Below, one piece after another: positions 13,861-29,846 of a stretch of DNA of 64,000 bases (the stretch's first letter is position 1; every line of letters begins with the position of its first letter). The stretch is from the NCBI GenBank assembly GCA_009914755.4, contig CP068257.2:30720001-30784000 (forward strand), read 5' to 3'. A model generated the notes under the pieces. That model was not told the origin of the DNA. It made no database searches and saw nothing but the letters and a program-made list of their open reading frames with translations. This DNA comes from the human T2T-CHM13v2.0 reference genome, Homo sapiens. The position numbers and the translations under genes were made by a program.

Positions 13861-14967
13861 TTCTACCACTATTAAAAGCATTAGCATCAGGTGGAGGAAT
13901 GGCCAAAAAAAAATGCATCAGGTACTTTAGTATGAAAATCCACCTCCAAGCTCAGTGAGCAAGCAACCCACATCACAGGCCTGTGACATCCAGAGCTCTT
14001 GACTTCCAGTCAGAATGACACCTGGGAGAGTCACTCACTGCAGAGACTGAGTAGGGTTCAAGAACCTGTGCTACTACCAACAGTAGGAAAACAGTCCCTG
14101 CCCCTGCTAGTCACAGTGTGTTCTGGGGCCAGGAGGATCATATGATGGCATCTCCCGGAGCTCAGGAGAAATGTAGAAGCCCAGGCCCCGGCCCACACAA
14201 CTCAAGCAGAATCTGCATTTCACATAATCCCCAGGAGAGCCCTCCGACACTGAGATCTGAAAAGCCCTGGCTGGGACACTGCAGACTGACAGTGCGGTAG
14301 AAACAAAGAGCTTTTCTGGTTTACTTTCAGCTCAATAACCACGACACCCCAGAGCCCCAGCATTCCAGTCAGCTGCGGCTTCACTCTGTGTACACTGCAC
14401 ACTAAATCAGGACTACAGGAACTATCCTAAGCCAAGAATGGCCAGCCCCACAATCGCTTCAAAGGCAGGCCCCACACAAGCGTGCACACCACACCCAAGG
14501 GGCTGGGAGCACAAAGCTCAACCAACAGCCTGAGGCCCTGCTTCCAAACGCTTTCTTATTTCCTGTTTCTAAAATAGGCTAAAGCTTCTCCTCCTGACTC
14601 TAAAATGTATGCTTTAAAAGTTTTTTAGACAAAACCATAAGAAATAAAACAAAAAAAAACAAACATCATCCAACTCCAGTCCCTGGATGCACTCACATCA
14701 CTGGGTCTCACTTACATAAAAACACAGTCTTGGCTCTCGGAAAGGGCACCTGTGGAGGGAAGGCAAGGCTGGGCTCAGTGGCCCTGGCCCTGGCCCTGCA
14801 GGGCATGGCAATAGCCAACAGCGGGAGAGGAGGCTGTGTCCTCTGAGACTCCTTCCTTGGAGCCACTCCGTGCAGGAGCTAGTACACCCCTCTAGGGGCA
14901 CAACCCTTTGTCCTGAAACAACACTGTGAGAGGAGGAGGAGACAGGCTTTTCTCTCCCAGACTACTA

Positions 14968-15325
<358 letters not shown>

Positions 15326-16473
15326 TAATAAAAAATAAAAATAAATAAAAAATAAAGGAGGTTCATCAAACTAATCCTTTCAATCTGGTTTTCCTGCAAG
15401 CCCTCTGAGAAATGCAAATGTCTCCCACATTAATTAAAACAGCTGGGCAAGCTAGCTGGGTGCTAATTTTGCATACGATGATTTGACAAACACAACACAA
15501 AACCTTTCTGCCTACTCCCACACAGGCCTCCTCTCTACTCCTCACCCCATCATCACCCATGCTCAGCACAAACCCTGGAGGGGTATCAAAAAATGGTGAA
15601 TCTCACCATGTGGTCTCAGGAGTCCACCCCACTTTACAGTGACTGTGCGCATTACCACAGGGCCAACTGAGGCCTGTGCAACCCCTCACAGCCAACCTGT
15701 TCCTACTGAAGCCACACAACAACTCAGCCTGCCTGGAAGGACGAAGACACCCTTCTGAATACCTGTCCTCCCCCAGGTACCTCAGGCAACTTGGGGTTAG
15801 GAGGCACTGGCAGGGCCCAGGACCCACGTGTGCCAACAACCCACAGCCATTCACCTAGGCCCATGATGCTGCGGTGAAAGACATGTGAACCCCCCAGAAT
15901 GTGGCTTCTGATGGGACATGGGGACCTTTATGATAAATAATGATGTAAAATTTAAGTATCAATTTCTTCCATGAACATGTCCTCCAAAAATGCCTGAAAA
16001 CAGCTGGCCTTCAAAGTATATGTTTGCCAGGCATCTTAACACCATTCATCTAAACCATAAAAGAAAGAATTTGCTAGGCAAATTTCAGTCCTACCATGTC
16101 TGGAAATTCTAAACTAATGAGATTTTAATGATAAACTTTCTTTCTTCTGATTTAGACATTCTTTCATCCTCAGGCAGGACTAGAAAGGCTTGGAGGGATG
16201 CAGGGGTCCCTGCTGTGTGATGGAGCAGGGCCAAGGACATGAAGTCCGTTGTCCCTATAAGCAAAGTCTCTTTGCTCCAAGGTCCTTACCCAGGTGCGTG
16301 GACCTGTCACTTATGGGCTATTTCAAACTACAGCCTCTGTCCTGGAAGCCTCCGAGGCCCCCTGACAAAACACAATCAAACACATCCAGGCCAGTTCTCA
16401 GAATAATTACATCATGTAGCCAGCGAGTTTAGCTGGAGGCAGTTCCAGAAGTGGGGCAACCACATGCCCTTAC

Positions 16474-16611
16474 GTTTAATGCTTGGGTGAACATGCTCTT
16501 ATTGCACACCAGGGGCACGGTGGTCACCATCACCATTGCCAGGAGCCGAGGCAAGGGTATAAACTCTCTGGTCTGAAATGCCCGGGAAATCTCCGGCTGA
16601 GCCTCATAGAT
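16474..16611 (-). CDS. URB1: URB1 coding exon 10 (138 nt)
   Basis: Acceptor tttgcttttcctag|ATCTAT and donor TTAAAC|GTAAGG. Encodes IYEAQPEISRAFQTREFIPLPRLLAMVMVTTVPLVCNKSMFTQALN. Confidence 0.7.
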
Positions 16612-17904
16612 CTAGGAAAAGCAAAAAAGAGATTTAGGTGGTGCTAGAAGTAAGTTTCAAACCTGAGACTAGCTGTAGGCACCCAAAGGTGAAGCCATTC
16701 AATCAAATAATTATAGCGGTAAAGGTCCGAGACTCCCCACAAGGCAGAGTGGAAGATTAACCCTCAAATCTACTTGTCAAAGACAAATCAGGTCAGGAGA
16801 CTGGCTGTTAACAGAGAAAGGACCTTCAGAGCAGAACTTGACCTGTGGTCTGCAGAGTCTCTTAAAACCTCTGATGGCAAATAAATCACTGCCAGAACTA
16901 CGAATGGTACTACTTACCAGTTCCTGCTGCACTTGACAGGCACCTGACAAATGATGTCAGGAAGGGATGTCAAGAAGCCATCTTCTCAAAGCTTCCTCAC
17001 AACGCTTTGGGATAGGCACACTTTACATTAAAACAAAAATATATTCACAGATGACAAAATTGGACCTCAGTGAGGTTAGGTAATTTCCTTAAGGCCACAT
17101 AGCTAGTAAGCAGCCAAGTAAGGACTCAACACTGGGCCTGCAAAAACCACACACTCACCCCTCCCCTATCCTACAAATCAGATGTTTCATCAGATGCAGC
17201 TCCTAGTAGGGGTGCTGGCCCCAGGACTGTCTGTACCAAAACAAGGGGTGGAGTACATCCTCCTCATCCCAAGGGTAAATGTGGAGACTGTGCGCATAGG
17301 CACTCAAGCAGAATAAAAGCTGGTTTTATAGATAATGCCAGGCCCAGGTAGAGGCACAAGAAACAATCCCAGGTATTTTACCACTAGGCAAACCATGAAT
17401 CAGTGACAGAGAGTTCAAACAAGTCAGGCATTACTGCCAAAGAACTAACAGTAGGTACCTCTACTTGTAAAATGGGCAGATGCTGACACTATGATCAAAA
17501 GGAAGGTAACGCACATCCACTTAAACCAGCAGACCAACGTTCCACAGCTTATTTCAAGTTGTTCTAATTGAAGCAGCAACCTTTAAAAACTATCCTACAA
17601 GTCAGACATTTCATTTTATTTTACTTTTTATGAGCCCAGATGGAGAAGAGATAATCGGGCAACTCATCAATCCCAGTCTAACTGTGCTGAGACTCAACAA
17701 GATTTCACTCTAAGCAAAATCTTGATGAACAGGATAAATTGGCTCAAAAGATTCTAAATAAACCTCAAATTCAGCTCAGTGAAAGGCAAAATGCTATAGA
17801 AGATAAGGACACCAAATTTACATGGTCTAAAATATCCCTTTTTATCCCTGAAAGGTCTTCATATTGTATAGTTTACCAGATGAGAATGTCTGCCTGTCCC
17901 CTAA

Positions 17905-18217
<313 letters not shown>

Positions 18218-18251
18218 TAGCTAACAGACTTTTAAATATCATGTTTTTTAC

Positions 18252-18447
18252 CTTGTTTAGTAGTTTGATATTATTTAACCAAGTAGACTTCGCTCGTGGG
18301 ATAAAGGAAAACGTTACTTCCTTGAAGTATTTGTTCAGTAAGTCCGGGCACACTTTGAGGATGTTTACCACAAGGTCAGCCACCAGATCATCATCAGCTG
18401 CAGTTTTCAAACCCAGCAAGAAGTGCAAGAGTGTCAGGTTTCCGCCT
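18252..18447 (-). CDS. URB1: URB1 coding exon 9 (196 nt)
   Basis: Acceptor ctctctaacag|AGGCGG and donor AACAAG|GTAAAA. Encodes (R)GGNLTLLHFLLGLKTAADDDLVADLVVNILKVCPDLLNKYFKEVTFSFIPRAKSTWLNNIKLLNK, in ORF 18150..18464. Confidence 0.8.
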
Positions 18448-18793
18448 CTGTTAGAGAAAGACACATGGGGAGAGGTCAGCAGAAAATGGTCAAAGCACCC
18501 TGAGAGCTCATGGTGACGTGCAGCTCTGCAGAATTGCCCTCAGTGAACACAGCAATAACAACGTAGGGAATTTCCCCCAGGACGTAAAGTGGGGGTTCCG
18601 TGGCCTGGGGGTTCCAGCTCTCCACAGAGGGCTTCCCTCTCATCCTCTACTTCTGAGTGGCTGAAAAAGTCTCTGATTGTCCTGCGATATTTCTTCTTTC
18701 CTACTTCCCTCCCTTGAGTTCAATTTGCTTTCTAAAGAAAAGGAAGAAAACCATTTTCTCTCACTCTACCTCAGCCACCTACCAGTCTGCCTA

Positions 18794-19225
<432 letters not shown>

Positions 19226-19275
19226 AGCACTATGTAAATACATATGTGAGTGTGAGTGTAAAAAAATGCAGATAA

Positions 19276-19479
<204 letters not shown>

Positions 19480-19744
19480 TAAAGTTTTTTTTATACGAAC
19501 TGCTCATGAGTTGCTGCATGGTCCAGAGCGCCATTAAATTATTTCTTGACAAGAAATCTGACAAGACAGCACGAGGTCTTTGCATGGACCTTCTGCCTTC
19601 CCTGTTTCTAGCTTATTTCAAATTCCTTCATTTTCATTTAGCAGATGAAAGAAGCTAGGATGTGGAAAAAATCTACCGTAGAAAAATACTGAAAAGTTAT
19701 CTCAAAGTGGACAGTCTTCAAAGGTATGAAAAGATAATAAAAGC

Positions 19745-19848
19745 AGGTGAGCCCAGGACTTCAAGGCTGCAGTAACCTACGACTGTGCCACTGCCTTCCA
19801 TCCTGAACAACAGAGCGAGTCTCCATCTCAAAAAAAAAAAAAAAAAAA
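19745..19848 (+). mobile_element. Alu 3' fragment with poly-A(19)
   Basis: ..gtgccactgcc..ctccatctcaaaaaaaaaaaaaaaaaaa. Confidence 0.75.
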
Positions 19849-22357
19849 GTAAGAAGCAGGAAAGTCTGCAGAGACTAAAACTTGCATAAAGGGAGTAAAA
19901 CCCCAGGATCCACACAGCCAAAGCCCCAGGACACTAGGCTTCACCTGCCTCAAAGTCTTTTTAGAAAATATGCCCTTTCCTATCTGCTTGACCCTGTGAA
20001 GTCAAAACATCCAGAAAATCCTCAGACTCTGCCTCATGTGCACGACACAGTGATGGTTTCTAGGGTCCCCGGTGTCTCACATCCCCCTTATAAATTGAGT
20101 AAAACTACAATGCTATATGAGAGCTTTACATATAGTAAAAAAAGTTTTTTAAAAACCAAATTAGAAAGTATAATTTTGATCAGAAAAACTATCCTTTAAA
20201 AAAGGACATGAAAATATCCTTTCCTAATATGAAAATGTCATGAACAAAATAGTTTGTACTGTCAAATGAAAAGGATATTAAATCTACAAAGAGTGCTAAA
20301 AATACTACACATGCTTTATTTTAATCAACAACGTAATAAAATGGAGAGCATTAATATTTATGTAGTGCACAACACATGCCAGACACTGCTCTAAGCAGTT
20401 ACCACCACGTCTCTGCGACAGGCACTACTTTTATTCCCACTTTATAGACAAGATAATGGAGGCAGAGAGGATGCCTAACCCAGTGAAGGTCTCAGAGCTA
20501 AGTTGGGATTGAAGCCCAGCTGTCTGCTCTGTTAACCTATACCAGGGACTGGCAAAGTAGGGCCCAGCACCTATCAATGTAATTTGATTGGGACACAGGT
20601 AAACCTACTTATTTACATCTATGGATGCTTTGCTGGCACAACTCAGTGGTCACAACAGACTGTGTAGGCTGCCAAGCCCAAAATACAATCTGGCCCTTTG
20701 TAGAAAAGTTTGCCAATCCTTGCTCTATGCTCTAACACCAGCTTTCAGTGAACACCTACTATGTGCCAGGCACTGTCCTAGGGACTGGAGGCCCATAATA
20801 GACCGGCGCCCGTTCTCACCACTTCTCACCAATCTGATAATGAACAAGCAAATAAATAAATCAGCAAATAAATGTATGAACAGTCAGAAGCCTAAGCCAG
20901 GCAAAAAGCACAGTGACAGTGGAGGGACTATTTCAGAAAGGGCTGTCCGGGAAGGCCTCCCTGAAGTGGTGAGGTCTGCACAGGAACCTGAATGAAATGA
21001 ATGAGTGGGCCACGTGTCTACTGGGGAACAGGGAACGATGCAATTCAGTGTTCTCAAAGCTTTCTATCACCATCCACAAACAAATCTCCTTCCTTTCCCT
21101 TATGCACAAACACTTGTCTTTTGCCCATGGCTTCAAAATTCACATAAATCACAGCTTGCTGCAAAGAGACACACACCCACAAGTTGATTCAATATGCTCA
21201 TTAAATGCTCATCTATTTCATGGGCCTCGTTATGGAGGAAAAATGCTTTAAAAAGGGGGAACAATGCATGTGTTTTAAGCATGGTGTAATATTCTATTCG
21301 ACTATAAAAGTCTGCTGTTATGTTTTGGCAGGAAAATGAGCTCATTCTTACTGATGAAAGAAAAAAGAAATGATGTGACAAGTTAAATCACAGTGACCTC
21401 AGAATCAAAACACGTCCAAAGTCATAAGCAGACAGAAAAACTCCCACCATGTTATTCCATTCTGAAGGAATCACCTGATTTCCTGACTGGCTGAAATTAG
21501 AAGTAAATCAAACTGCCTAAATCCTTGTGATATAATGCTAGGATAGAATAACAAGGATTAAACAATAAATCATTTACACATTTACAATGACAAGAAAACA
21601 TGGCCAATATTTTTATTGTCAAGTGGGAAAAAAGCAGATAGGATGAACAGTAGTAAGCCATTTTTGTTATTAAAAAAAAAATCACATGGACCTGTATTAT
21701 ACGATTACAAAAAGAAAGTCTTAAAGAATATGATCAAAACCAGTAGATTTGAACTTAATATGTTTCCTTACTGATGAAATGTTACCACAATTGTGAAATG
21801 TGAAACAAAATGTTAAAAAAAAAAACAATTTTGAAATCGTGACTCATGGGCAGCCTGTCAAGGAGAGGGAGGACTGTTTTAGTATCAGTTTGGAGCTGGA
21901 CTTCCTGGATTCCAGTGCAACCTCTGCCATTTAACCAGTGTAAGTGTCTCGACCTCTCTAGAACTACTTTCTTCCTCTGCAAAGCTGGCATAACAATGGT
22001 ACCTGCGTCAGGACTGCTGTGAGGCCCATGTCAGGGCCAACCCTCTCTGGCAAGGCAGACGCCTTTTCTGAGCTCCAGCTGACGAACACTGTCTTTAGGT
22101 AAACATCCGCAGCACCTCCCTGGGTGAAATATCCCATGACCTAACTAAGTGCTAATAGACAGCTACCCTCAGAACTGCCCCTGAGGACATGCAACAAGGA
22201 GAAGTTCTCTGGGACTACAACTGTTCAACCCTGAAACGAGTTAGATAATGTCCACAATTCTAGTTCTAACCTACTACAGTTCCACTAGACACTCACATAT
22301 GTGGTGACTTCTGAGGAACATACACACCCTGGGGTCCACAAGAGTGTTATACTTTAC

Positions 22358-22482
22358 CTGCCAAAGGTACCCAAAGATGCATCGTAAAAATTAATTCCAT
22401 GCTTGAGTGAACAGCAAAGATCCATCAGGAAGTTATGAACAAGCTCCCGCACCATGGTTTTCCCTGCTTCTTCGGCAGAAAC
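22358..22482 (-). CDS. URB1: URB1 coding exon 8 (125 nt)
   Basis: Acceptor tcttcatag|GTTTCT and donor GGCAG|GTAAAG. Encodes VSAEEAGKTMVRELVHNFLMDLCCSLKHGINFYDASLGTFG(R). Phase 2 out. Confidence 0.7.
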
Positions 22483-23497
22483 CTATGAAGATTTTTTAAA
22501 AATTCAATGAAAATCCCAAGCTCATACACTTTAGTAAGAGCTAGAGTAAAAACAAGGACAATATTAACTGCCGATGACAATTTAGAAAACATTTTAAATA
22601 CTTGGTGTCATTCCAAACAATAAATGAAAACAACAACAAAAAGATACACCGATCAAGATAAAAGAATACTCTGAAGAGGGGCAAGTTTAAACCTGTATTT
22701 TTAAAAGCTTTAAAGTGATCTAATTTCTCTTGTTCATTTGAATAAAATTCCATATTTGGGAGTGTTTTTATGCAGCCTCTGAGGCTTGCTGGTCTAGAGC
22801 ATACAAAAACATGTTCAAAACAAGAGGACCTGGGCAAGTCTCCAAGATAAAAGGAGGTGAAATATTAGGCTCTTGAGAGGTGAATTATTATAACGTTAAC
22901 AGGAAGTCTGTGCCTTTACTACTCTGGCCAAGTCCATGTTCAGTAACACCCTGAAGAAAATTAAAATATACACTGGCATTGGGTCGATGTTAAGAGCAGC
23001 TGTTTCAATTTAGCACGAGTTAACTAGCACAAAATAAATTATATATGTCAGTAGGTGAGGCTCCTAGACATTCAGGATCCTGAGGTTAAAAACAAACAAA
23101 CAAACAAAAAACACACAACAAGCCTTGAAACTCCAACAACTGGACATGAAAGAATGGAAGGATGGGAAGGCAGAGGTAAAGCAAGAGGAAAAGATGGCCG
23201 GGATGACCCTGCAGGTCTAACAGGCAAGTGCTGCAGGGAAAACTAAGATATGGCTCAGCCCAAGGAAATCATAGTTTTCTAATTAAAAAAAAAAATTATT
23301 AGCATGATTAAGAAATTAGGGGAAAAAAATCCTATTGCAGTTAGCAGAGGGTTAATACAACCATATAACCACAGTCAAAAGAAACAGATCAAATGAGGGG
23401 ACTTCAAGTCTGGTGCGGTGTTGAGAATTCTCCCTCTCCCAACCCTGAGGATCAAATTCCAACAACGAGGTCAACGAAAACCAAAAAGTGTCTGCAC

Positions 23498-23623
23498 CTT
23501 GACATTTTCTGGGTTCACATCGGTAATCCCATTCCAGTTGTACAGCGATGCTATGTGGTTCAATAACTGCCCCGTAAAGAAACGCACCTTCTGGGTTTTT
23601 GTGATATTTTTATTGTGAACTAC
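23498..23623 (-). CDS. URB1: URB1 coding exon 7 (126 nt)
   Basis: Acceptor tattgtttcag|GTAGTT and donor TCAAG|GTGCAG. Encodes VVHNKNITKTQKVRFFTGQLLNHIASLYNWNGITDVNPENVK. Phase 0 in, phase 0 out. Confidence 0.7.
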
Positions 23624-25248
23624 CTGAAACAATAATAAAACAAATTATTAAAAAACAAATTATGAAAAAGTTCATGGAATTCAATTATTTTTTAAATGGT
23701 GCTTACTGTTTTCTCATCATTATAAAAATAATGCTTGCTAGTGGCAGAAAATTTGGTTTAAAAAAAGGAAAAACATAAAGGGAAATTCACCAATATTCCC
23801 AACCATCCTAGGATATCGTTACTATTTTGATATATTTCCTTTCAGTCACCACCCACACCCACACAATATACATGTGTATGTATTCATTATTTTTTGCCTG
23901 AGATTTTATTTATATATGATTACTTATGAAGCATAAGCCTTTTCCACGTCATTAAACATCCCTTTAGAACATTTTGGGGGGCTAAATACCATTCTATCCT
24001 ATGAGTGGACCACAACTTATCTAACCATTCCCCTGGTGTTTACAATTAGTTGTTTCTAAATTCTGGCTATTCTCCATAAAGCTGTGATTAGCATCCTTGA
24101 ACATAGTCTTCATTGCATCTGACTTTGGACTTGACACTGGTTCCTGCAAGTAGAATTGTGGCACAAATTCTCAGCTCCACCCAAACCTAACCCCAGAATC
24201 CCTATGGGTGTGGCCCAGGTATATATATTTCAGATACATTCCCCTAGAGGTTCTGATGCAACTCCCCCAGTTCAGAACAACCATACGTCACGGTCCATGA
24301 ACATATTTAAGACCTCTGACACATCCTGTCAGAACTGTTATCTTCCACAGGGGATACAACACTTCCTCCTCAAGAAAGTATCTGATTCAAAGCATCCTTG
24401 CTAGCACTGAACACCATTGTTTTTAAAAGTCAATGCTATTTTAGTAGGCAAAAAAATCTGTATGTCATTATTTGCTTTACTTTAAATTAGGGTTTCTCAA
24501 CCTCAGCTCTATTGACACTTGGGGCCAGGTAATTGTTATGGGGGCCATCCTGGGCATTACAGGATGTTCGGCAGCATCCCTGCTGTCTCCCCACTAGGCA
24601 CCAGTTGTACCTCCCCAGTTGTGACAATGCAAAATGTCTTCAGAGATTGACAAATGTCCCGTAGAAGGCAAAATTGCCCCCATTTGAGAATCACTCTTTA
24701 AAATACTTCGAAAATAAAGTCCTTTCATGCTTATTAGCCATTTTCATGTGGACTCTGGACAACTTGTCATGTTGGGAGGGTCATAGTTTTTCTTACTGAT
24801 GATTTAAAGTGTTTCTGTATTAAAGGCAGTGATCTTTTTAGCAAGTTTTAAAATATCAATAAGATGCTTGCAAAAGGCAGAATATGGAACATGACACAGA
24901 ACAACATTTTGCTAGATATGTGAATGAAGTATTATTTATAATTTACAGCTCACAATGATTACTTTGGGTTGCTGTGAAATGTTGACCAGCAGCTTTTCTG
25001 CTGCTGTAATAAAACAGCAGCCATGTCTGGACATCACTGGCTGCTTCAGCTATTCTTTAACCTTCTAGTCCCAGGATATGCTCATCAACAAGAACAAGTT
25101 TCTGCTTAGGGAAGAGTTTTCCACTCAACCAATACAACAATCTATGTAAGATAAGATGTTGTAGCTCTACAGTCCTGTAAAACACCGGAGAATATCTCCA
25201 TTCCCAAGGGAAAACAGACAACAGAAACGCGGATCACCAAGCACATAC

Positions 25249-25334
25249 CTTTGTTTTCAGTGTGGATAATAAAATATTGATGGTAGAGATCCTATCTTCC
25301 TTTATCCCTGAGCTAAAAATGCAAGGAATAAATT
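25249..25334 (-). CDS. URB1: URB1 coding exon 6 (86 nt)
   Basis: Acceptor cttttactttcag|AATTTA and donor CAAAG|GTATGT. With the carried G it gives (E)FIPCIFSSGIKEDRISTINILLSTLKTK. The alternative AG 23 nt downstream would introduce a stop. Confidence 0.65.
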
Positions 25335-25464
25335 CTGAAAGTAAAAGTTTCAAAGCATTAAATTCAAAAATATTTTGAAAATGAGAATAGACGAGAGAAT
25401 ATTACTGTTTAGGTGGTACAGCAAACAATGCCATTTACTTTTTCAAGTTTTTTTTTTTTAACTA

Positions 25465-25840
<376 letters not shown>

Positions 25841-26438
25841 GAAAGAAAAGAAATCAAGAGCACCTACAAGCGAACCAATGACAGAACTTTTTAAGAAGTT
25901 CAGTAGGTCTTTAGTTCCATTTTACTTTTCTTTTCTCATATTAAAATTAACTAAATACTATTTGAAAGAGAATGTACGGTATAACAAACTAATACAATTT
26001 CTCTCTTGCTTAGACTTGCTGAGATGTGTTTAAAGAGATGGTCATGATTTTTTAAGTTGGCAGTAGAATTTTGGGTGATTTAGTTTGTTTACTTTTTGCT
26101 TTCTCTTCCTACTTTTCAATCCCCAAGGAAATGGCCACCAGAGCTTGACACTGTTATCATTATTAATGCAGTAGTGACAGTGGGCAGAAGCAGCAAAACA
26201 ATTACAAATTTCCTTGCTCCACACATGCTTACTGGGCACACAGAATTTCTACAAAAGCAAATTCATTATTTGTGAAAAAGGAAAAATCAGAAAATACCAG
26301 ACAAACCAAAAGAATAAGTCAAAGCTTCAGTACCGAGAAGTTAACACTGTTAACATCATCTGAGTTAACTATTACCCTTCTGATGTATTCATGCTACTCT
26401 ATTTGAGTAAAATGAGATCATACTTTATAGTTTTATAG

Positions 26439-26825
<387 letters not shown>

Positions 26826-28295
26826 TAATCGCTGCATTCCATCTTATGACCAGTCCCCAATTTGCTCAGCCAATCCCTTACTGGTGGATAGTTAGAAGAC
26901 CCATTTCCAGCTAATATAAATATTATTCCCTAACAAAACCTCTACTCACATCTTTAATTATTTCACTGGGATAAATGACTAGACATGGAATTGCAGGATC
27001 AAGTATCTTAAAAGTTTTTTTATCTTTTTTCTTTATCTATTGTGCAACCCACTTCAGTGCCAGCAGCCTACGGGCACAGAGGCCAGGCAATGGTTCAGGG
27101 CTACAGTTTGCTCTGGCATGGGGTACTATGAGAGGTCCAGGGGGACGGGCCCATCATAAATCCAAACCCATGCATAAGCACCTTAAAAGTTTTGATGTGT
27201 ACAGCCAAACTTCCCAGCAGAAACATTAAACTGTAGTATGTTCCAGCCCCCTTCAACAGTGTAAATGGTACCAACTGTCACTGAATAAAAGGCCAGACAG
27301 CTGAAATGGCCCACGGGAATTTGAAGAAACTACTGGCCCTGGCAGCAGCAAGATATCCTGAACCTAGTGCCTGGTAACAAGTAGGAAAAAAAAAAATCTG
27401 TCCGCTGCATTATGCAGAGACCACATCTCCACTCTCATGCTGCTCCACCACAGCAGCAATAGAGCGCCCCACACAGACCAGGCTGACCACATACAGGGTG
27501 ACCGCCACCTGCACTCTCCTCCTAAATCGTCCCGGCAGTCACGTTCCAGGGGCAGTCCAGATCTCCCATCCTGGGAGGGAGAAGAAGGGCTGGAGACCCA
27601 AACACCCTGAGTACAGCACCCTGCTACTCCTCCTCAATAACTCCCAGAGTTCCGGCCAGGACATGGGACTGCTCCTCACCTCCAGACAGGCCAGGATTCC
27701 AGGGAATCTTACCGAGCAACTGCCATGTGCTGAGCTAAGTGCTGCCATTTATCATCTTAGTGAATCTCTTGATAAAATGCAAGGGGCCCTGGCAGATTAA
27801 ATGATGCCAAGCCTCACTCTAGGGACACAGCCACCAAAAGGTGGTCAAGTTGGAATTCTCTGAAGCCCTGTTACTGATGTTCTCGTAACACAGGTCTAAG
27901 CCACCAAAGAAACTAACTTTGTTTTTTAAAACGACATCTCCCAAGGAAATCCAGGTAGCCAAGGCTATGAGTCTGAGTAGGTTCCATAGCCATAAAGCCT
28001 CCTTTGTTTGCCCGACTCTGCCTCTCTGAAGTCTGCATTTATCCTCTGTGACGGCATTGTTCAGCATTCCAGACGGCATAACAGGAACAACTCTGTTCAC
28101 TCTTGACCAGTGATATCAAAATGGTACTGACCAAGGCTTTGCACCCGCTCACCCACCTCCCTGCCCCACATCCTTCAATCTGGTGTACACAGCAACTGCA
28201 AAGGCTGCAGACTTTTTTTGAACTTGGAAGAAACGGTTTGCAGTAGGTTTTTCAAAACAAATGGGCTTTCCTAACGGACAAGGGAGTACACCTAC

Positions 28296-28392
28296 CTTTC
28301 ACTTCCAACACCTGCACTATAGTGCTGTCATCACCCGCAATTAAAAAGGAGAGAGCAAACTGAACGTAGGCCTGCCGAACGTCGTACACTCC
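28296..28392 (-). CDS. URB1: URB1 coding exon 5 (97 nt)
   Basis: Acceptor cctctag|GGAGTG and donor AAAG|GTAGGT. Encodes GVYDVRQAYVQFALSFLIAGDDSTIVQVLEVK. Not in the ORF track (too short) but stop-free and in phase; phase 1 out. Confidence 0.7.
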
Positions 28393-29559
28393 CTAGAGGA
28401 CAAAGGAGACCTACATGTCACATGCATATTCCACATACAGCCAAAGGAATCAGCAACACAGTGGCCAAGCACACCCCTCCCGTCTCAACATCACCAGCCC
28501 CCCAGCCTTGTCCCCAGTCACCAGGGGATGCAAGTCTGAAACCAATGCTCATTCTCCATGGAAAGTAAAAAATTTTTTCCGTTCTCTTTCCCCGGTAATC
28601 TTCTCTACTTTCCTTCTCTTTCAAGCCCTATTCTCAATACAAAAGTATGGGTAAAAAATAGTAGTGTTCCCTTCCCTGACTATAACACATACATTTTCGT
28701 TTCTTGGCCACTTTGGTGTAGAGCAAGACTCTCAGCCTGCCTAGATCCATCTCCTCTCGCTTGCTGATGAAAATAATCTATGTTTTTGAAAATCCAGAGA
28801 TGATGAAATGGCTGGTACTGCTTTTGGTGAGACACCAATGTGGTGATGTCTGGTTTTTATGAGATATTATAAATAACTTATTAGCTCATACCACAAACCA
28901 AAGCACAGATGCTGTCACGTTACTAACCCTGTTAGGCCTTCCCAGGGTTGTAGCCAGCACTGTCCACATGCATCAGCCACCAACCAGGGCACTGGGCACG
29001 TTTGGGGAGGGCCCCAACACCGTGACAGCAGCCAGTGCCTCTAGGGAAGCCGCTGATCAGCTTCCCCTCCCAGTATCATTAAGACAAAGCTGTGTCACAT
29101 CACTCCTCGTTTTGTATCTAAGGAACTCAAGGCATGTGGTCATGTCAGTCTCTCATCAGCTGTTCCAGAACTAGCAGGTGTGCCTGGATCCTCCATTGCT
29201 TACACCCAGCACTATTCTCTACTTCACAGTTACTCCAAAGATACCTTCATTCACTGCCAAGAAATAAGTTAATATCACAACAAGTCACTGCCCCAAAATG
29301 CCTGGGAAAATTAAGGAGTAATCTCTGCCTTCCAGATAGTTCTGTTCCACTTAGTAGTAGCAGGAGAGGTGGTGGCAGTAGTAGTGATGATGATGAGGAG
29401 GAGGAGGAGAACAATGTTTACAGAGCACTTACTATGTGCCAGGCACTGTATCAAATGCTGCACATCCGTGATCTCATTTACTCCTCATAACAGCCTGAGG
29501 GAGAGATGCCCACACCACACCCATTTTACAGATGAGAAAACTGAGGGTTCAAAAATTCA

Positions 29560-29846
29560 GCCGGACACGGTGGCTCATGCCTATAATCCCAGCACATTGG
29601 GAGGCCAAGGAGGGTGGATCACTTGAGGTTAGGAGTTCGAAACCAACCCGGCCAACATGGTGAAACCCTGTCTCTACTAAAAATACAAAAATTAGCTGGG
29701 TATGGTGGTAGGCGCCTATAATCCCAGCTACTCGGGAGGCTGAGACTTAAGCCCGGGAGGCAGAGGTTGCAGTGAGCAGAGATCACGCCACTGCACTCCA
29801 ACCTGGGCGACAGAGCGAGACTCCATCTCAAAAAAAAAAAAAAATT
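29560..29846 (+). mobile_element. Alu
   Basis: ccggacacggtggctca..; poly-A(15). Confidence 0.9.
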